A DNA stretch of 64,000 bases from Mytilus edulis (taxonomy: Eukaryota), in the NCBI RefSeq assembly GCF_963676685.1, contig NC_092355.1, positions 62,248,001 to 62,312,000 of the forward strand, read 5' to 3'. Below the pieces are notes generated by a model, which was not told where the DNA came from, did no database searches, and worked only from the letters and a program-made list of their open reading frames with translations. Shown in pieces: positions 48,601 through 63,055 of the stretch (positions within the stretch are counted from its first letter, which is position 1; the number at the start of each line of letters is the position of its first letter). The translations under genes were made by a program, and so were the position numbers.

Positions 48601-51600
48601 TTGGTTCATGACAATCCCATAGGCTTAACATATATAGCTAGAGCAATTCTCACAATCAATGACTTCAAATTTGTTTACTTATCTCCTAACCCACTGAGAT
48701 AAACGATAGTTTAACACAACACTTGTTTTTGTCAGTTGTTATATTTACAATGTTTTAATTATTGACAACAATGTGTGAACAAAACAAACAGACATAATAC
48801 ATTTTGTAGGTAAAAATGTCAAAATAGGGATACACAAGTCAACAAGATTTTAAAATGTTAATCACTATAATAAAAACAAACAAATATACAATGATTGTCC
48901 CGGCAAAATTAAAATGTCATAGAATGTGTGACAGTTCTCGTTTTTTTAACTTATTGACTATGTAACAATTGCAATGGGTGTCGACCGTGAGGAAAACCAA
49001 CAACGCATAACACACTAATATAGATTTCTAAAGTTTTATAAATCATAACTAATGATAATCATTGTTGTCACTGATTGTTTGAATTCATCGAAAACGACCG
49101 CCTTATTTAACATTGAATAAGTTTAAAGTATGATAGTGAATACAATTCTTTATCACTTAAATCATAAAAATACTCAAATTATCTAGATTTTCATGTGGAG
49201 ATGATATGTCAACTGTTACCATTTTTTCTCACTTTTACATATTTGGCTCGCGCATACTATATCAAAAATTGACTTTTCAAATGGTCGTTTTAGATAAACT
49301 TTATCATTCTATAGTTCAATCATGCTGACAGCATCGTTTGCATTCCCAATAGCTGATTATAGATAATTACATTCAACTTTTAAACAATCTGTGTGAAACA
49401 CCATGATATCAGTACGGTTTTGACTTCCGTCTTGTAAATATACTTTGGATGTTTTGAAATATTTTGGCAAGATTAATTACATTCTTTTCAGTTCATGGTA
49501 AATCGACATGGACGAAGAGTCTCCTCGCTGTATTGACTTTCGATTTATCAGCAGCTTTGGTCTGTATAGTTTTAACACATCTTTTTAAGCCAGACTCGTA
49601 CTGTTTTTGCTTTTTAAACATGCTGACATGATACTATTGGCTTTGCGTTTGCATAATCAGTAAACAGTTACGAGCAGTAGAAACTTTTTATCAACTTATA
49701 ATAAGTTTAATTTACCAGTAGATGGGAAATTTAATAGTTTTAAGGACGCTTTGTCTGTGTGCAGGGTTTTCAACTCTAAAAATAATAGCTTGATACAATC
49801 AAAATAATTTCCTGATTTCCGAAGATCTGTTCATTATGTTCACCTCGTAAATATTGGCAAACAATTGAACGTTCTGGAAATTCTGGTCCATCAAATCTTA
49901 TGGAGTTGGAACATATACATCTTTCATAAGGTAGAAAATGGCATCCATATAAACCTTCAAAACATAAATAAAAGTATAAACAATGTACGATAATAAACAT
50001 TAATCATTGACTGCATTTAGGGACGACATAAAAAAATCAATGAAGGATAAAAAACTTAATTCAAATAGTTAGGGGGTGGGGGGGGGGGGGGGTCAAATTG
50101 CTGCAAGTTTTGTATAAATTGACATCGATTTTTACATATATCCTTATTGGTCAATCAATTTGTCAAGAATAACAGGTATGATACGTTACCGTTAGGTGTA
50201 TTTGAGTTTTGTTTAGATTGAAGAATTTTACCACGGATGGAGATGATTCAAACACATATACTTATGATATGACATTAAATGTATTAGTTTTAAGCAATTC
50301 TTTGTAACCACAAACCAAGTTGCAGCACGCATTGTCTGAGATTTTCTTGAAATTTGGTTTTTATTGGTAGGTATCGATAAACAAACAAGAAATATGTTGA
50401 AAAAAAACTTGTTATGCCTCCGTTGCCATGGCAACGGGTCCCCATGGATTTTGCCTCAAAAATACATATTTCGACGAACAAAAATTACCCATTTTAAGCA
50501 GTCATCGTGCACACATTTCAATTTTGATGAATATTTTGACTTTTGTTGATTAAAATTTAACACTTAATGAAGTAAGATGAAGTATAAAAATTAATTCTTA
50601 CAAAAAGGGAAGAAGGAGGCAGCACTGATTTAAATAGTGGAGTGTTCAATGTATTCAAGCAGGCTAATAATTTTAGTCATTTTGCATCACATGATTTTAC
50701 AATTTTGCATCCACAACCAATTATAATAAGGCACTAAATGTAAACTATTACTGTTGCATAGAAATAATTAATCACTCAAGGTTTGAGAAATAGGTTGCTA
50801 GGGTGGTAGCTATTGGAACGAAAAAGTGTCATTTTTGGTATTTTGTGAAAGAATTTTGACATTGTTATTAAAATAGCTTTTAACAGTGACAGATACAAAA
50901 TAAAAATCACCTGGGACATGTTGTGTAATGTAAAGGATAATTTTGACAAAAATATTACATTTTTAAAAAAACACTTCAGTGTGTACTTCACTCGATTCAA
51001 TCAGTTTGTGTTACAGACTTGAACTGATTTGGTCATTACAAACGCTAAAATTCAAGTTCAAATATGAAAATCTATCAAATGTGCTATTAAACTTCATTTT
51101 TATAGATGGTTTTTGTCTAAAATGGAAGAATGACATAATGTTTCAAGTACCTGACGCGTGTCAATTTGTATTGTCAAAAACTACTCATATTTATCTAACA
51201 AACGCATTCTACTTTCTTATAAATAGCTTTAGGGTTTACATTTTTAGCAACTTTGTAAAATGCTATATTTTGGGGCCAAAAAGGGGTCTTGATTGGCCTA
51301 GTCCGTTCGGTTATAAGTTTCAGAGGAGAATATTTTGTAACAAGTTAACGACGAATAGCCTAATGTTATGAGAAAATCTCACTTGGCCCTTAGGCTCTAT
51401 TAAAAAAATATTTTTTGCTAAACACACAACATATTTTTTTTTCTAACAAAGTTTTTTTTTTAATCTTCCGCTGTTGAAATAAATCATTACTGTTGAAATA
51501 CAAACATAGCAATGAGCGGATGCAGGGTTGTTCTATCAGTTAGGGAGAACCATTTTATATTTTGTGATGGGGATAATGGATGCTTAATGGAATTAATTTG

Positions 51601-52879
51601 ATAGTGTCTTGAACTGAAGTTCAATAATATTGCACAAAACATGATGAAAAAGAATTTTCGGTACATTCAGATGCACATCAGCCACAATCGATTTGAAACA
51701 CGAAAAAGGTGTGTACATAATGAAAATGTGAAATAAGTAATCAAGCCTTATAACGAGTGAAAATGATTATTCTGTCTATGCATAAACTCTTGCCCGAAAG
51801 GCCAATCCCAACCAAAGATATAAACTGGTCGTTCTCTTAGCAGTTATACCCGTATTTCTTTTTACTTCTTCTTGTAATTCAAAGGACCTGTCTTAAAAAT
51901 AACATTTAGTGTCTTGAGGAGAGTTGTCTCCTCGGACGATATCTTTCAATTATTGCATTTGAATGTGTAATAAGTCTCATGAAATTGAATTTGCCATATA
52001 ATTTACTATTCTGGATTATACATGTGTTATTTTAAAAAAGAAAACTGCATATTTTATATTTTTTTATTTTTTTATGATTTTTGTCCCAATGAAACCTAAA
52101 ATATATTGTTACTGCGCAGTATTTCTATATAAATAAATGGTTGCTAGTCACTTTTTCAATATAAATAGATGGTTGCTAGGAACTTTTCTAATATAAATAA
52201 ATGGTTGCTAGACATTTTTCCACTTTAAATGAATGATTGTTTAAAACTTATGTGATGACAACCCCCCAAAACCTTTTAAGTTAGGTCTATGTAATTGTTT
52301 ATATAGTCCTAAATCTAATCATGTATGGTTGCTAGGTACTTTTTTTTAAATAAGGGTGGTTGCTAAGCACTTTTGACATGACCTTGGCTCTTTGATGTTC
52401 ATATGTTAATAAAAAAAAGTGGATTTAAACGTCCTGAACATTTTCTCCATGCATAGTATGCCTCTTTCTATTACATTTCCTTTCAAAATTCAAATAAATA
52501 AACACAAGTTCAAAGGTCAAGGTCATCAATGACCTTTGACCTCGGGTCAAATTCATGGTAATTTAATAACCAATAGTTTGCACATCATAATCATTTAATA
52601 ATTATAACTTTTTCATGGATTATCTTGATAACATGGTCACTTTTCAGAGTTAAAAAGGCAAAAAATACACATTTTTGTTTCCATAGCAACTGTCCTAGAA
52701 CCCAATATCCCAAACATTTTGTTATAATCTATTGACTAGAAACATTGATATTTTTCATTTATAACAACAGCTTAAAATGTCTAATTTGTTCTACAAAATG
52801 TGTAAAATTTGTCTACTCAACTACAATGAAAAATGACCTCTGCTCTTGCGGTTGTGACAATTTTCAACAAAAATATCGA

Positions 52880-54157
52880 TCAAATAAATAGACTTCTTCA
52901 TAAAGGATATGCATTTAAAACTGTAAAGATACGAGTCATGTAAGCTTATCAATCCAATAGACTTCTTCTAAAAGGATATATATTTAACACTGTAAAGATA
53001 CGAGTCATGTAAGCTTATCGATCCTTTAAATAAGCTTATTCTAAAAGGATATATATTTAACACTGTAAAGATACGAGCCATGTAAGCTTATCAATCCTAT
53101 AAATAGACTTCTTCTTAAAGGATATATATTTTACACTGTAAAGATACGAGCCATGTAAGCTTATCAATCTTTTAAATAAACTTCTTCTAAAAGGACATAT
53201 ATTTAACACTGTAAAGATACGAGTCATGTAAGCTTATCGATCCTATAAATAAACTTCTTCTAAAAGGATATATATTTAACACGGTAAAGATACGAGCCAT
53301 GTAAGCTTATCGATCCTATAAAAAAACTTCTTCTTAAAGGACATATATTTAACACTGTAAAGATACGAGTCATGTAAGCTTATCGATCCTATAAATAAAC
53401 TTATTCTAAAAGGATATATGTTTAACACTGGAAAGATACGAGTCATGTAAGCTTATCGATCCTATAAATAAACTTCTTATAAAAGGATATATATTTAACA
53501 CTGTAAAGATGCGAGTCATGTAAGCTTATCGATCCTATAAATAAACTTCTTCTGAAAGGACATATATTTAACACTGTAAAGATACGAGTCATGTAAGCTT
53601 GTCGATCCTTTAAATAAACTTTTTTCTAAAAGGACATATATTTAACACTGTAAAGATACGAGTCATGTAAGCTTATCGATCCTATAAATAAACTTATACT
53701 AAAAGGAAAAATATTTAACACTGGAAAGATACGAGTCATGTAAGCTTATCGATCCTATAAATAAACTTCTTCTAAAAGGATATATATTTAACACTGTAAA
53801 GATGCGAGTCATGTAAGCTTATCGATCCTTTAAATAAACTTCTTCTAAAAGGACATATATTTAACACTGTAAAGATACGAGTCATGTAAGCTTGTCGATC
53901 CTTGAAATAAAAGGATATATATTTAACACTGTAAAGATACGAGTCATGTAAGCTTGTCGATCCTTTAAATAAACTTCTTCTAATAGGATATATATTTAAC
54001 ACTGTAAAGATACGAGTCATGTAAGCTTATCGATTCTATAAATAAAGATACGAGTCATGTAAGCTTATCGATTATATAAATAAAGATACGAGTCATGTAA
54101 GCTTATCGATCCTATAAATAAAATTCTTCTAAAAGGATATATATTTAACACTGTAAA
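52880..54157. repeat. 73-bp satellite, ~17 copies
   Basis: aaggatatatatttaacactgtaaagatacgagtcatgtaagcttatcgatcctataaataaacttcttctaa. Confidence 0.95.
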
Positions 54158-54757
54158 ATGATCTTTGAACATTAGTTTTATCGGTACTAACATTGACTTT
54201 GTTATCAATGTATTAAAATATAAGATTTCTTTGTTGCATTGATTATTCATGCATGTTGCGAAGCTAGAATTTTGTACTTATTTTAAAATGTTGGTTACAA
54301 ATAAAGTAAACTGGTTCCGGAGTGCTTGGATTCACTTGCGGTTTTGTGTGCAAGTTCGTTCTGTAAGAGCTTCAATTCTTAATATTGATTCATTTACATT
54401 AAACAAATCGTGTAATTGTTTGTCTTGTATACTGATTGTTAAATTTTCATACTCTCTCTGATACAGATTGTACACATAACTTGATAAAAACTCAAACAGA
54501 AAAACTAACTGAATTTGTGTTGAAATTTACAGACAAGAGACATACAAGGAAATCCATATGCAATGTACTTTACTAATACGGTTAATAAGCGGTTTTACAG
54601 AAAATATTCATATGATTGTATAATAAATATAAGGTACATGTACAAGCATTGGGACAGTCTATACCATTTTCCGACATTGAGATAATAAATTTATTATAAT
54701 TTCTACTCCCTTATGTATGTCCTTATATAGACACGGGACGGCTTAAAGTTCGACATC

Positions 54758-55065
54758 AAGTTCTTCTCTCAGGTGTGTTCGAGTTCTTCTCTCAGGTGTG
54801 ATCGAGTACTTCACTCAGGTGTGATCAAGTTCTTCTCTCAGGTGTGATCGAGTTCTTCTCTCAGGTGTGATCGAGTTCTTCTCTCAGGTGTGTTCAAGTT
54901 CTTCTCTCAGGTGTGATCGAGTTCTTCTCTCAGGTGTGACCGAGTTCTTCCCTCAGGTGTGTTCGAGTTCTTCTCTCAGGTGTGATCGAGTTCTTCAATC
55001 AGGTGTGTTCGAGTTCTTCTTTCAGGTGTGATCGAGTTCTTCTCTCAGGTGTGATCGAGTTCTTC
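54758..55065. repeat. 23-bp minisatellite, ~13 copies
   Basis: gagttcttctctcaggtgtgatc. Confidence 0.95.
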
Positions 55066-56766
55066 ATTAAGACATGATCTAGATAAACAAAACGGAAATC
55101 CAACTCTATTAAATGTAAATGAACACGAAAAGCAAAAAAAGGCCACATGATTTTGAGAGAGACAAAATTGTAAACGACATGTTATTAATTCCATGCGTTC
55201 GCATCGCTTTTCTGGATTTACTTTCATAAGGAGGCTAACAGCTGAAAATTTGAAAGTATGGGGTGTATAATAACCGTCACAGTTGAAAAGCTATATAACA
55301 AAGAAAGGACTTATAAAATAGCCAAATCCATCTTAGGTCCAATTTGCCTTAGAGATTTGAAACCTTAGTTTCTTGATAATTTCAAAATATATCAGCGGAC
55401 AATTTTAGAAAGGTTTGTTACAAATCATGTCAGTACCGAAGTACTGACTACTGATCTAATGCTAATTTCAGGGACTGATGGTCCACTGGCAGCGGTATCG
55501 ACCCAGTATTGTAAAAAATTAAAACAACACGTTAATATTTTCATGCGTCCGAAGCGTTTTTCTTCTGTATTTACCTTGATCGCCTAGGATGCATGAGAAC
55601 CGAAACAGTTGAAGATCTATATAACCAAAAAGGACGTTAAAAATGGCAACTATTTAAGGTAAACTTTAGGAGTTGAAACATGAGAGACTGTCAAATCAAT
55701 AACACGTAGCTAAAAAGATAATAGAACAATAACTTGTCTAATCGGCAATACAACCTCATCTCATTATGTTAATATTCCTCGTGTATACCGAAATACCTTG
55801 GTGCACAATCAATCATAATAGACGTTCTGAAAATTATTAATCATGACAACAGGTGAGGTATTGTCTAAAGTTTTCACATTCTAACCATGTGCAAAATCGT
55901 TCTTGTGAACTGGAACCAAACTCAACATTAATGTTTATATCTGAAGGTGCATGTTCTCTCCATTACAAAATGAAAAGAAGTAGATGTGGTTTGATTGCCA
56001 ATGAGACAACTCTCAACCAGATACCATATGAAGTAAAAGTACGACTTGTGAATCTGAATTAAAAATTGATTCCAAGGGCCAATAATGTTGATTGCCTGAA
56101 ACTGCTAAAATCTTCTGGTAGGCATATAGATTCTACTGCAGAAATGATCCAATGATAGTGATATACCAATTTTGAGAGTTTGTTGACAATAGCCAAATTC
56201 AAGATGACCACCACCACTTGCATAAATGAAAACAGTAGAATGAATAGAACTATGAGCAATACGTATACATTCACATAGATTATTATCAGAAAACCTCTTA
56301 CTCTTTTAAATGAAACCAGCATGCATAAATTACTGGAGAACAATTTGTCAAATAATGGAAGTATTACTATATAACACTGCTAAGGTCAAACACACCAATA
56401 CGTTTCAAACAAGTACTATCCACACTGATATATGTGTCCACTCTTGTAGTGATAATAAAATCTGTCAACTTCATATTCTGTTAGTTACTAAGTTAAAAGA
56501 CATATGTTTATGATACTTCTAATTGAAACTGGATGCATCTTGTCGCCTCGACCACGAACAAAAAAATGTCAATTGATCGTCAGCAAATATTTGAACAAAA
56601 AAAAAAAACGCAAAAAAGGTAGTAAAATCCATCGACAAATACAAGACTTGGTACCGCCTCGTACGTGAACGACCATTTAACCTTAAGGAAAGTTTATATT
56701 ATTTTTCATTTTATATCTGTTATTTGTAAAACGCAAGAGCATAACATTTTAATTTTTTTAACTTAA

Positions 56767-57156
56767 GGATGTTTGCTACTCTGTTAAAAAATAACAAGCT
56801 TTCTAAAAGACTATTATAAATTAACAGTATATAAATAAAGAAACTAAAAAAGTAGAAAAAAAATGGAGGGTCTGTGTGCTCGCTTTCAAGATATAAACCA
56901 TTGAAAATTTGGCGGGAAATAATTCTCTCTAGATTTTTTATATATTTAACATTTGCACCTTCTTTGTTTCAAAAACTATGAAAAAATAACAAGAATTTTA
57001 TAAAATTTTGAAATATGGATTTTAAAACTTTATGTAATAAAGTTATGAAAAGAAAAGTAGGGGTTAGTGGGCAATTTTTTTTAATTACAATACATGGATA
57101 AAACTAGAGGATTCCGAAAATCTGGCAAAAATCAAAAGATGGAGGAGCAAACATCC
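56767..57156. mobile_element. Kolobok-like MITE with TTAA TSD
   Basis: TTAA|GGATGTTTGCT ... AGCAAACATCC|TTAA; RR termini with TTAA duplication. Confidence 0.8.
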
Positions 57157-57227
57157 TTAACAACAACACTAATAGTAAATACTCTCTATAAGATTTTTTT
57201 TCCTTTTCACTTTTTTGAAAATAACGA

Positions 57228-59450
57228 TACCCTCTGACTGTGAAGGATGTATAAATACGCAGCCACGTCTGCCTTTCGACATAAAACACATTCTAAAGAA
57301 ATGTATCACTTTACTGTTTGTGATGTATAAATTCGCATCTACGTCTGCTTTCCGACAGAAATCCCCATTCTAAAGAAATGCATCATTTATACTTTGAGGG
57401 ATGTATAAAAACACAGCCACGACTACCTTCCAACAGAAAACCTCATACTAAACAAATGCATATTTTTACTGTTTGCAATGTATAAAGACGCAACCACGTC
57501 TGCCTTCCGACTGGAAACAGCATTCTAAAGAAATGCATCATTTTTTATTTGTGGGATGTATAAAAACGCAGCCACGTTTTCCTTCAAACAGAAAACCAAA
57601 TTCTAAAGGAATGCACCACTTTACTGTTTGTGATGTATAAATACGCAGCTACGTCTGCTTTCCGACAGAAAACCCCATTGTAAAGAAACGCATCATTTTT
57701 ACTTTGGGGATGTATAAATATGCAGCCACGCCCGTTTTCCAACAGAAAACTTCTACCTAAAGAAATGCACCCTTTTTACTGTTTGTAATGTATAAATATG
57801 CCTCCCAGTCTGCCTTCCGACAGAAAACCCCTATCTAAAGATATACATCCTTTCTGACTGTGTAGGATGTATAAATACGCAGCAAATTCTGCCTTCCGAC
57901 TGAAAACCCCTATCTAAAAAAATGCATCCGTTCTGACTGTGAAGGATGTATAAATACGCAACCACGTCTGTCTTCCGACTGAAAACCCCATTCTAAAGAA
58001 AAACATCCTTTATGACTGTATAGGATGTATAAATACACAGCCACGTCTTTCTTCAGACAGAATACCCCGTTCTAAAGAAATGCATCCTTTTACTGTTTGT
58101 GATGTATAAATATGCAGCCACGCCCGTTTTCCGACTGAATACCCCGTTCTAAAGAAATGTATCCTTTTTTACTGTGTGGAATGTATAAATACGCAGCCAC
58201 GTAAGCCTTCCGGCAGAAAACCCCATTCTAACGATATGCATCCTTCCTGACTGTGTAGGATGTATAAATACGCAACCACGTCTGTCTTCCGACTGAATAC
58301 CCCGTTCTAAAGAAAAACATCCTTTATGACTGTGTAGGATGTATAAATACACAGCCACGTCTTTCTTCAGACAGAATACCCCGTTCTAAAGAAAAACATC
58401 CTTTATGACTGTATAGGATGTATAAATACACAGCCACGTCTTTCTTCAGACAGAATACCCCGTTCTAAAGAAATGCATCATTTTATTGTTTGTGATGTAT
58501 AAATACGCAGCCACAACTGCTTTCCGACAGAAAACTTCATCATAAAGAAATGCACTCTTTTTACTGTTTGTAATGTATAAACATGCCTCCCAGTCTACCT
58601 TCCGACAGAAAACCCCCTTTCTAAAGATATACATCCGTTCTGACTGTGTAGGATGTATAAATACGCAGTCACGTCTGCCTTTCGACATAAAACACATTCT
58701 AAAGAAACGTATCACTTTACTGTTTGTGATGTATAAATTCGCATCTACGTCTGCTTTCCGACAGAAATCCCCATTCTAAAGAAATGCATCATTTCTACTT
58801 TGAGGGATGTATAAAAACACAGCCACGACTACCTTCCAACAGAAAACGCCATACTAAACAAATGCATCTTTTTACTGTTTGCGATGTATAAAGACGCAAC
58901 CACGTCTGCTTTCCGACAGGAAACAGCATTCTAAAGAAATGCATCATTTTTACTTTGGGGGATGTATAAAAACGCAGCCACGTCTACCTTCCAACAGAAA
59001 ACCCCATTCTAAAGAAATGCATCTTTTTACTGTTTGCGATGTATAAAGACGCAACCACGTCTGCTTTCCGACAGAAAACCCTATTCTAAAGAAACGCATC
59101 ATTTTTACTTTGGGGATGTATAAATATGCAGCCACGCCCGTGTTCCGACTGAACACTTCATTCTAAAGAAATGCATCCTGTTACTGTTTGTGATGTATAA
59201 ATATGCCGCCACGCCTGCTTTCTCTGACAGAAAACCCAATTCTAAAGAAATGCATCATTTTTACTGTTTGTGAAGTATAAATTTGCAGCTACGTCTGCCT
59301 TCCAAAAGAAAACCCCATTCCTAAGATACGCATTATTTTTTACTGTGTGGTATGGATAAATACGCAGCCACTTCTGCCTTTCAACAAAAAAACCCATTCT
59401 CAAGAAATGCATCTTTTTTTATTGTATGGGAAGTATAAATACGCAGAAAT
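57228..59450. repeat. ~77-bp diverged satellite, ~29 copies
   Basis: ttctaaagaaatgcatc...actgtttgtgatgtataaatacgcagccacgtctgctttccgacagaaaacccca; a variant block repeats at ~1.4-kb offset. Confidence 0.93.
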
Positions 59451-59879
59451 GTGGGCACGGAAAGAGGATGTTATACATGTATCAATTGCTTGGTGTAGGA
59501 TATATGCCACGTCTTTATATAGCTACTGCCGTTAACGAAGCATTATAATAACTCTTTGAGAGGTCCGTATATATCCTAGACATTTTATAAGACACATTTT
59601 TATGCTCGCTTAATTACACCCCTTTTGCAGTGGACATCTATGTTGCCTGTCCTTCGTCCTATTTTACAATTTAGCATAATCATTTCAACTCTACATTTGT
59701 ATTTCAGTTGGTTTCAGTAACATTTTGAATTTCGTCATCCATTCAATGGCGGCAAACGTGCTAGCGAGGCTTTATTTTTCATTTTTCTTGTCTTTGATTT
59801 TGTTACTAACTGCTATATCGGTCATATCTATCTAAGTGAAAGTCTGTCATAATTGTTTTTCATTAATTGTTTTGTTATT

Positions 59880-60070
59880 AACTATGCCGTTAGTTATCTT
59901 AATTGAATTGTTAAATATTTTTCATGACGGGGCCTTTTAAAACTGACTATACGGTATTGGGTTTTCTCATTGACGAAGGTCGTACGGTTGCTTCAATTGC
60001 TTACATGCACTTCATTTGAACTTTGATGGAAGTTGTCTCACTGACAATCAAGCCCCATCTCCTTATTTTC
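59880..60070 (+). mobile_element. Diverged copy of the Nin/Deu-like SINE family
   Basis: ggggcctttt...ctgactatacggtat...gaaggtcgtacgg...gttgtctca. Confidence 0.6.
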
Positions 60071-60139
60071 AGATTGAGCAAAAGAATACCACTGATATCT
60101 GCTTCGTTTCACCAAAGTCAAGAAATAATGCAACGTGAA

Positions 60140-60740
60140 CTTTACAAATTTTTGAATTATTTAAAACACTAAGGCTTTTCTACCTCAGACATATATTATC
60201 TTAGCTGTATTTGGCAAAACTTTTAGGAATTTTGGTCCTCAATGCTCTTCAACTTCGTACTTTATTTGGCCTTTTTAACTTTTTTGGATTCGAGCGTCAT
60301 TGATGAGTCTTTTGTAGACGAAACGCGCGTCTGGCGTATATACAAAATTTAGTCCTAGTATCTATGATGAGTTTATTTACAACCACTGGGTCGATGCCAC
60401 TGCTGGTGGAGATTTATTTCCCCGAGGGTATCACAAGCCCAGTAGTCAGCACTTTTTGTGCTGACATGAATTGTCATTGATATGGTTATATTTATAAATT
60501 TGCTGTTTACAAATTTTTGACTTATTTTAAATACTAAGGCTTGCCTACCTCAGGCATAGGTAACCTTAGCTGTATTTGTCAAAACTTTTAGGAATTTTGG
60601 TCCTCAATGCTCTTCAACTTCGTACTTTATTTGGCCTTTTTAACTTTTTTGGATTTGAGCGTCACTGATGAGTCTTTTGTAGACGAAACGCGCGTCTGGC
60701 GTATATACAAAATTTAGTCCTGGTATCTATGATGAGTTTA
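60140..60740 (-). repeat. Two tandem units of the 23073-type dispersed repeat, reverse orientation
   Basis: gatgagtcttttgtagacgaaacgcgcgtctggcgta near 60302 and 60667. Confidence 0.85.
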
Positions 60741-61274
60741 TTTCCTTTTTAGTGTAATAATATATTCCAATAGCGACATCGTATTGAGAAGTCATTGTAT
60801 CTCTCTCAGTTGATACTATATTAAACACTTTTGTATTTCCTGCCCTTTCCTTGTTTACAAGGCAACTATAAAACCAAAGTTTTTTAAATGGTTGATGTGA
60901 AGTGATCCCTTTGAATGTTTTAAATGGTTGATGTGAAGTGATCCCTTTGAATGTTTTACGGACAACACCTTGATTTGGTTGACCGTTATGGAATATCTGT
61001 CTTAGCTGCAATGTGGTCCTCTTCTCATCAATTTTAACAAACCGCCTCGATGGCCTAGTGATAGCGAACTCGCTTCAAGTACAGTAGCTGGTGGGTTCTT
61101 ATAAAAGGCTTGATTCCCCATAAAGCACGTGTCACTTAGGAGTAAGAGTAAAAAATGGTGGGGTGTGTGGTTGGGGATTGGAGTCAACAATAATGTGCCC
61201 TGGTAGGTGACATGTCTTTTTGATGGCTGTTATCATGTGAACTAGTACGTTAAAGATCATTTGTCGGCTTAGTG

Positions 61275-61490
61275 CATATTTATATCATCTCAAAATGTGG
61301 TCGTCCTTATACGTATGTAATATTTGCCACTGGATGTTACACACATATTCATATCATCTTAACATGTTTTCGTTCTTATATGTATGTAGTATTTGCCACT
61401 GGATGTTACACAGATATTCATATCATCTCGACATGTTTTCGTCCTTATATGTATGTAGTATTTGCCACTGGATGTTACACATATATCCAT
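61275..61490. repeat. Three ~69-bp tandem repeats
   Basis: tatgtagtatttgccactggatgttacac...catatcatct...catgttttcg. Confidence 0.85.
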
Positions 61491-62889
61491 CATCATCATT
61501 TTCTGAATTACCGAATCACTCAAATTGTACAAACCATGAGCGCCACTAGTGGAGAAATTATTGATCCCTTTTTCAGAGGTAAATATTTATATTTCTGTGT
61601 ACTCTTTTCATAGACTGCTGTTGGACTTTGACTTGAGACGCCTTCCTTTTTGGCCATGGTATTGTCTTTCTGACAATAGTTTAGTTTAACATTGACCCCA
61701 TTGGTATCTTGTCCCACTTTTTATGAACCTATGGATTGCATTTATTGCTGCTTATTCTCGTACTGAATATACTGAATATATGAACTATTTGCCACTGCTG
61801 CATGTTTCGCAAACCAGAACCCTTCAATAAAAAAAGAGATGTGAACAATTTTTCCTGAAATTATTTCACACGTGCACCTGGGCAATTTATCCAGCATCTT
61901 TCACACGTACACCTTGCTTAATTTGCCTTTGTATTCCGCTGGACAACATTTCACAACTATCAATTGATCAATCAATCATCATTAGATCCTTTTATCATAC
62001 AAAAATTAGATATATTTTCCACCCAAAAGAAGGTGTTTTATTTCAGATAATGGTGATTTTTAATGGCCCCTTTTACATAATAACCAGACAAAAAATTAGA
62101 AGCATCTGATGGTCAAAATACAGTTTTCTGGGATAAACAAATAACAAAAAAATATGCTAGTCATCAACTCATACCTAGGTTAAAAAGATGTGTATGTGTT
62201 AAAGGAAATCTAACATCTACACCTAATTCTCTCTAGGACAAAAAGATTTAAAATAAATCATATATCTTTCTCATTAAGAAACATAGTCATAGAGGACATT
62301 GTCCTAAAAGCTTTATGTTGTCTCATGTTTCTCACTGTACTATACAAATTATTAGAACTATATATATATGTTTATAAACAGATATTCATTTTAATGTACA
62401 TAATACAGTTAATATGGTATTAAGCCATATCAACATTTAGTCATTAAAGTCTTTGCCGTATGTGATTACATTTGAAAAAAAGAATTTATACAATCCAGTA
62501 TTGATCCAATCTTTAACTTTAGTCCCATTATTTCCATGTGGTCCACGTTTTTCATCTTTCTCATTTCTTTCTAAAGTTTTATGACTATATAGTTTCATTC
62601 TAACTTTATAATGCTTCATCAACAGAATAACGTCTCAATTATAGATGATTGTCTTCTATCCAAAAAGGTTTGGTCTTCTGCAAATCTGTTGCTATGTTAG
62701 TACAATGTATGTATATTTCCAATGACGTGTATAACTAACTGTTTGATTTAGTGTTCAATTTCAACTTCAATCCTCATTCCTGAAATGAAATAAAATAAAT
62801 CAGAACTGATTCAATACAAGAAAACAATATGTTACTGATTGATCGATTGTGTTACTTAACGTCCAGTAACAATTATTTAATACATGTTA

Positions 62890-63055
62890 ATGGGGCTTCG
62901 ATGGTCCAGTGGTCTAAATAGTAGTAATCATGCCAAAGGTCGTGGGTTTCTCCAGACACTCCGGCTTCCTCCACCAATTAAACCTGACCGCCATGAAATA
63001 GTACACTGGTACAATCGTGCTGAAAGTGGTGTTAAATACCAATCCATAAATCACT
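62890..63055 (+). mobile_element. Deleted tRNA-derived V-domain-like SINE
   Basis: A-box-like ggggcttcgatggtccagtggtctaa; core gggtttctccagacactccggcttcctccacc; tail gctgaaagtggtgttaaatacc. Confidence 0.6.

Noticed and set aside
49400-50000. Minus-strand Cys-containing exon-like ORF (GLYGCHFLPYERCICSN)
   Set aside because: Quickly interrupted by stops; no identifiable domain.
50000-52860. Probable DNA-transposon fragments (GGTTGCTAG motifs, G-run)
   Set aside because: Could not define paired termini or TSDs from the sequence alone.
56059-56343. Minus-strand hydrophobic 94-aa ORF (YHWII motif vaguely receptor-like)
   Set aside because: No supporting exons or clear family motif; composition is explained by AT-rich DNA.
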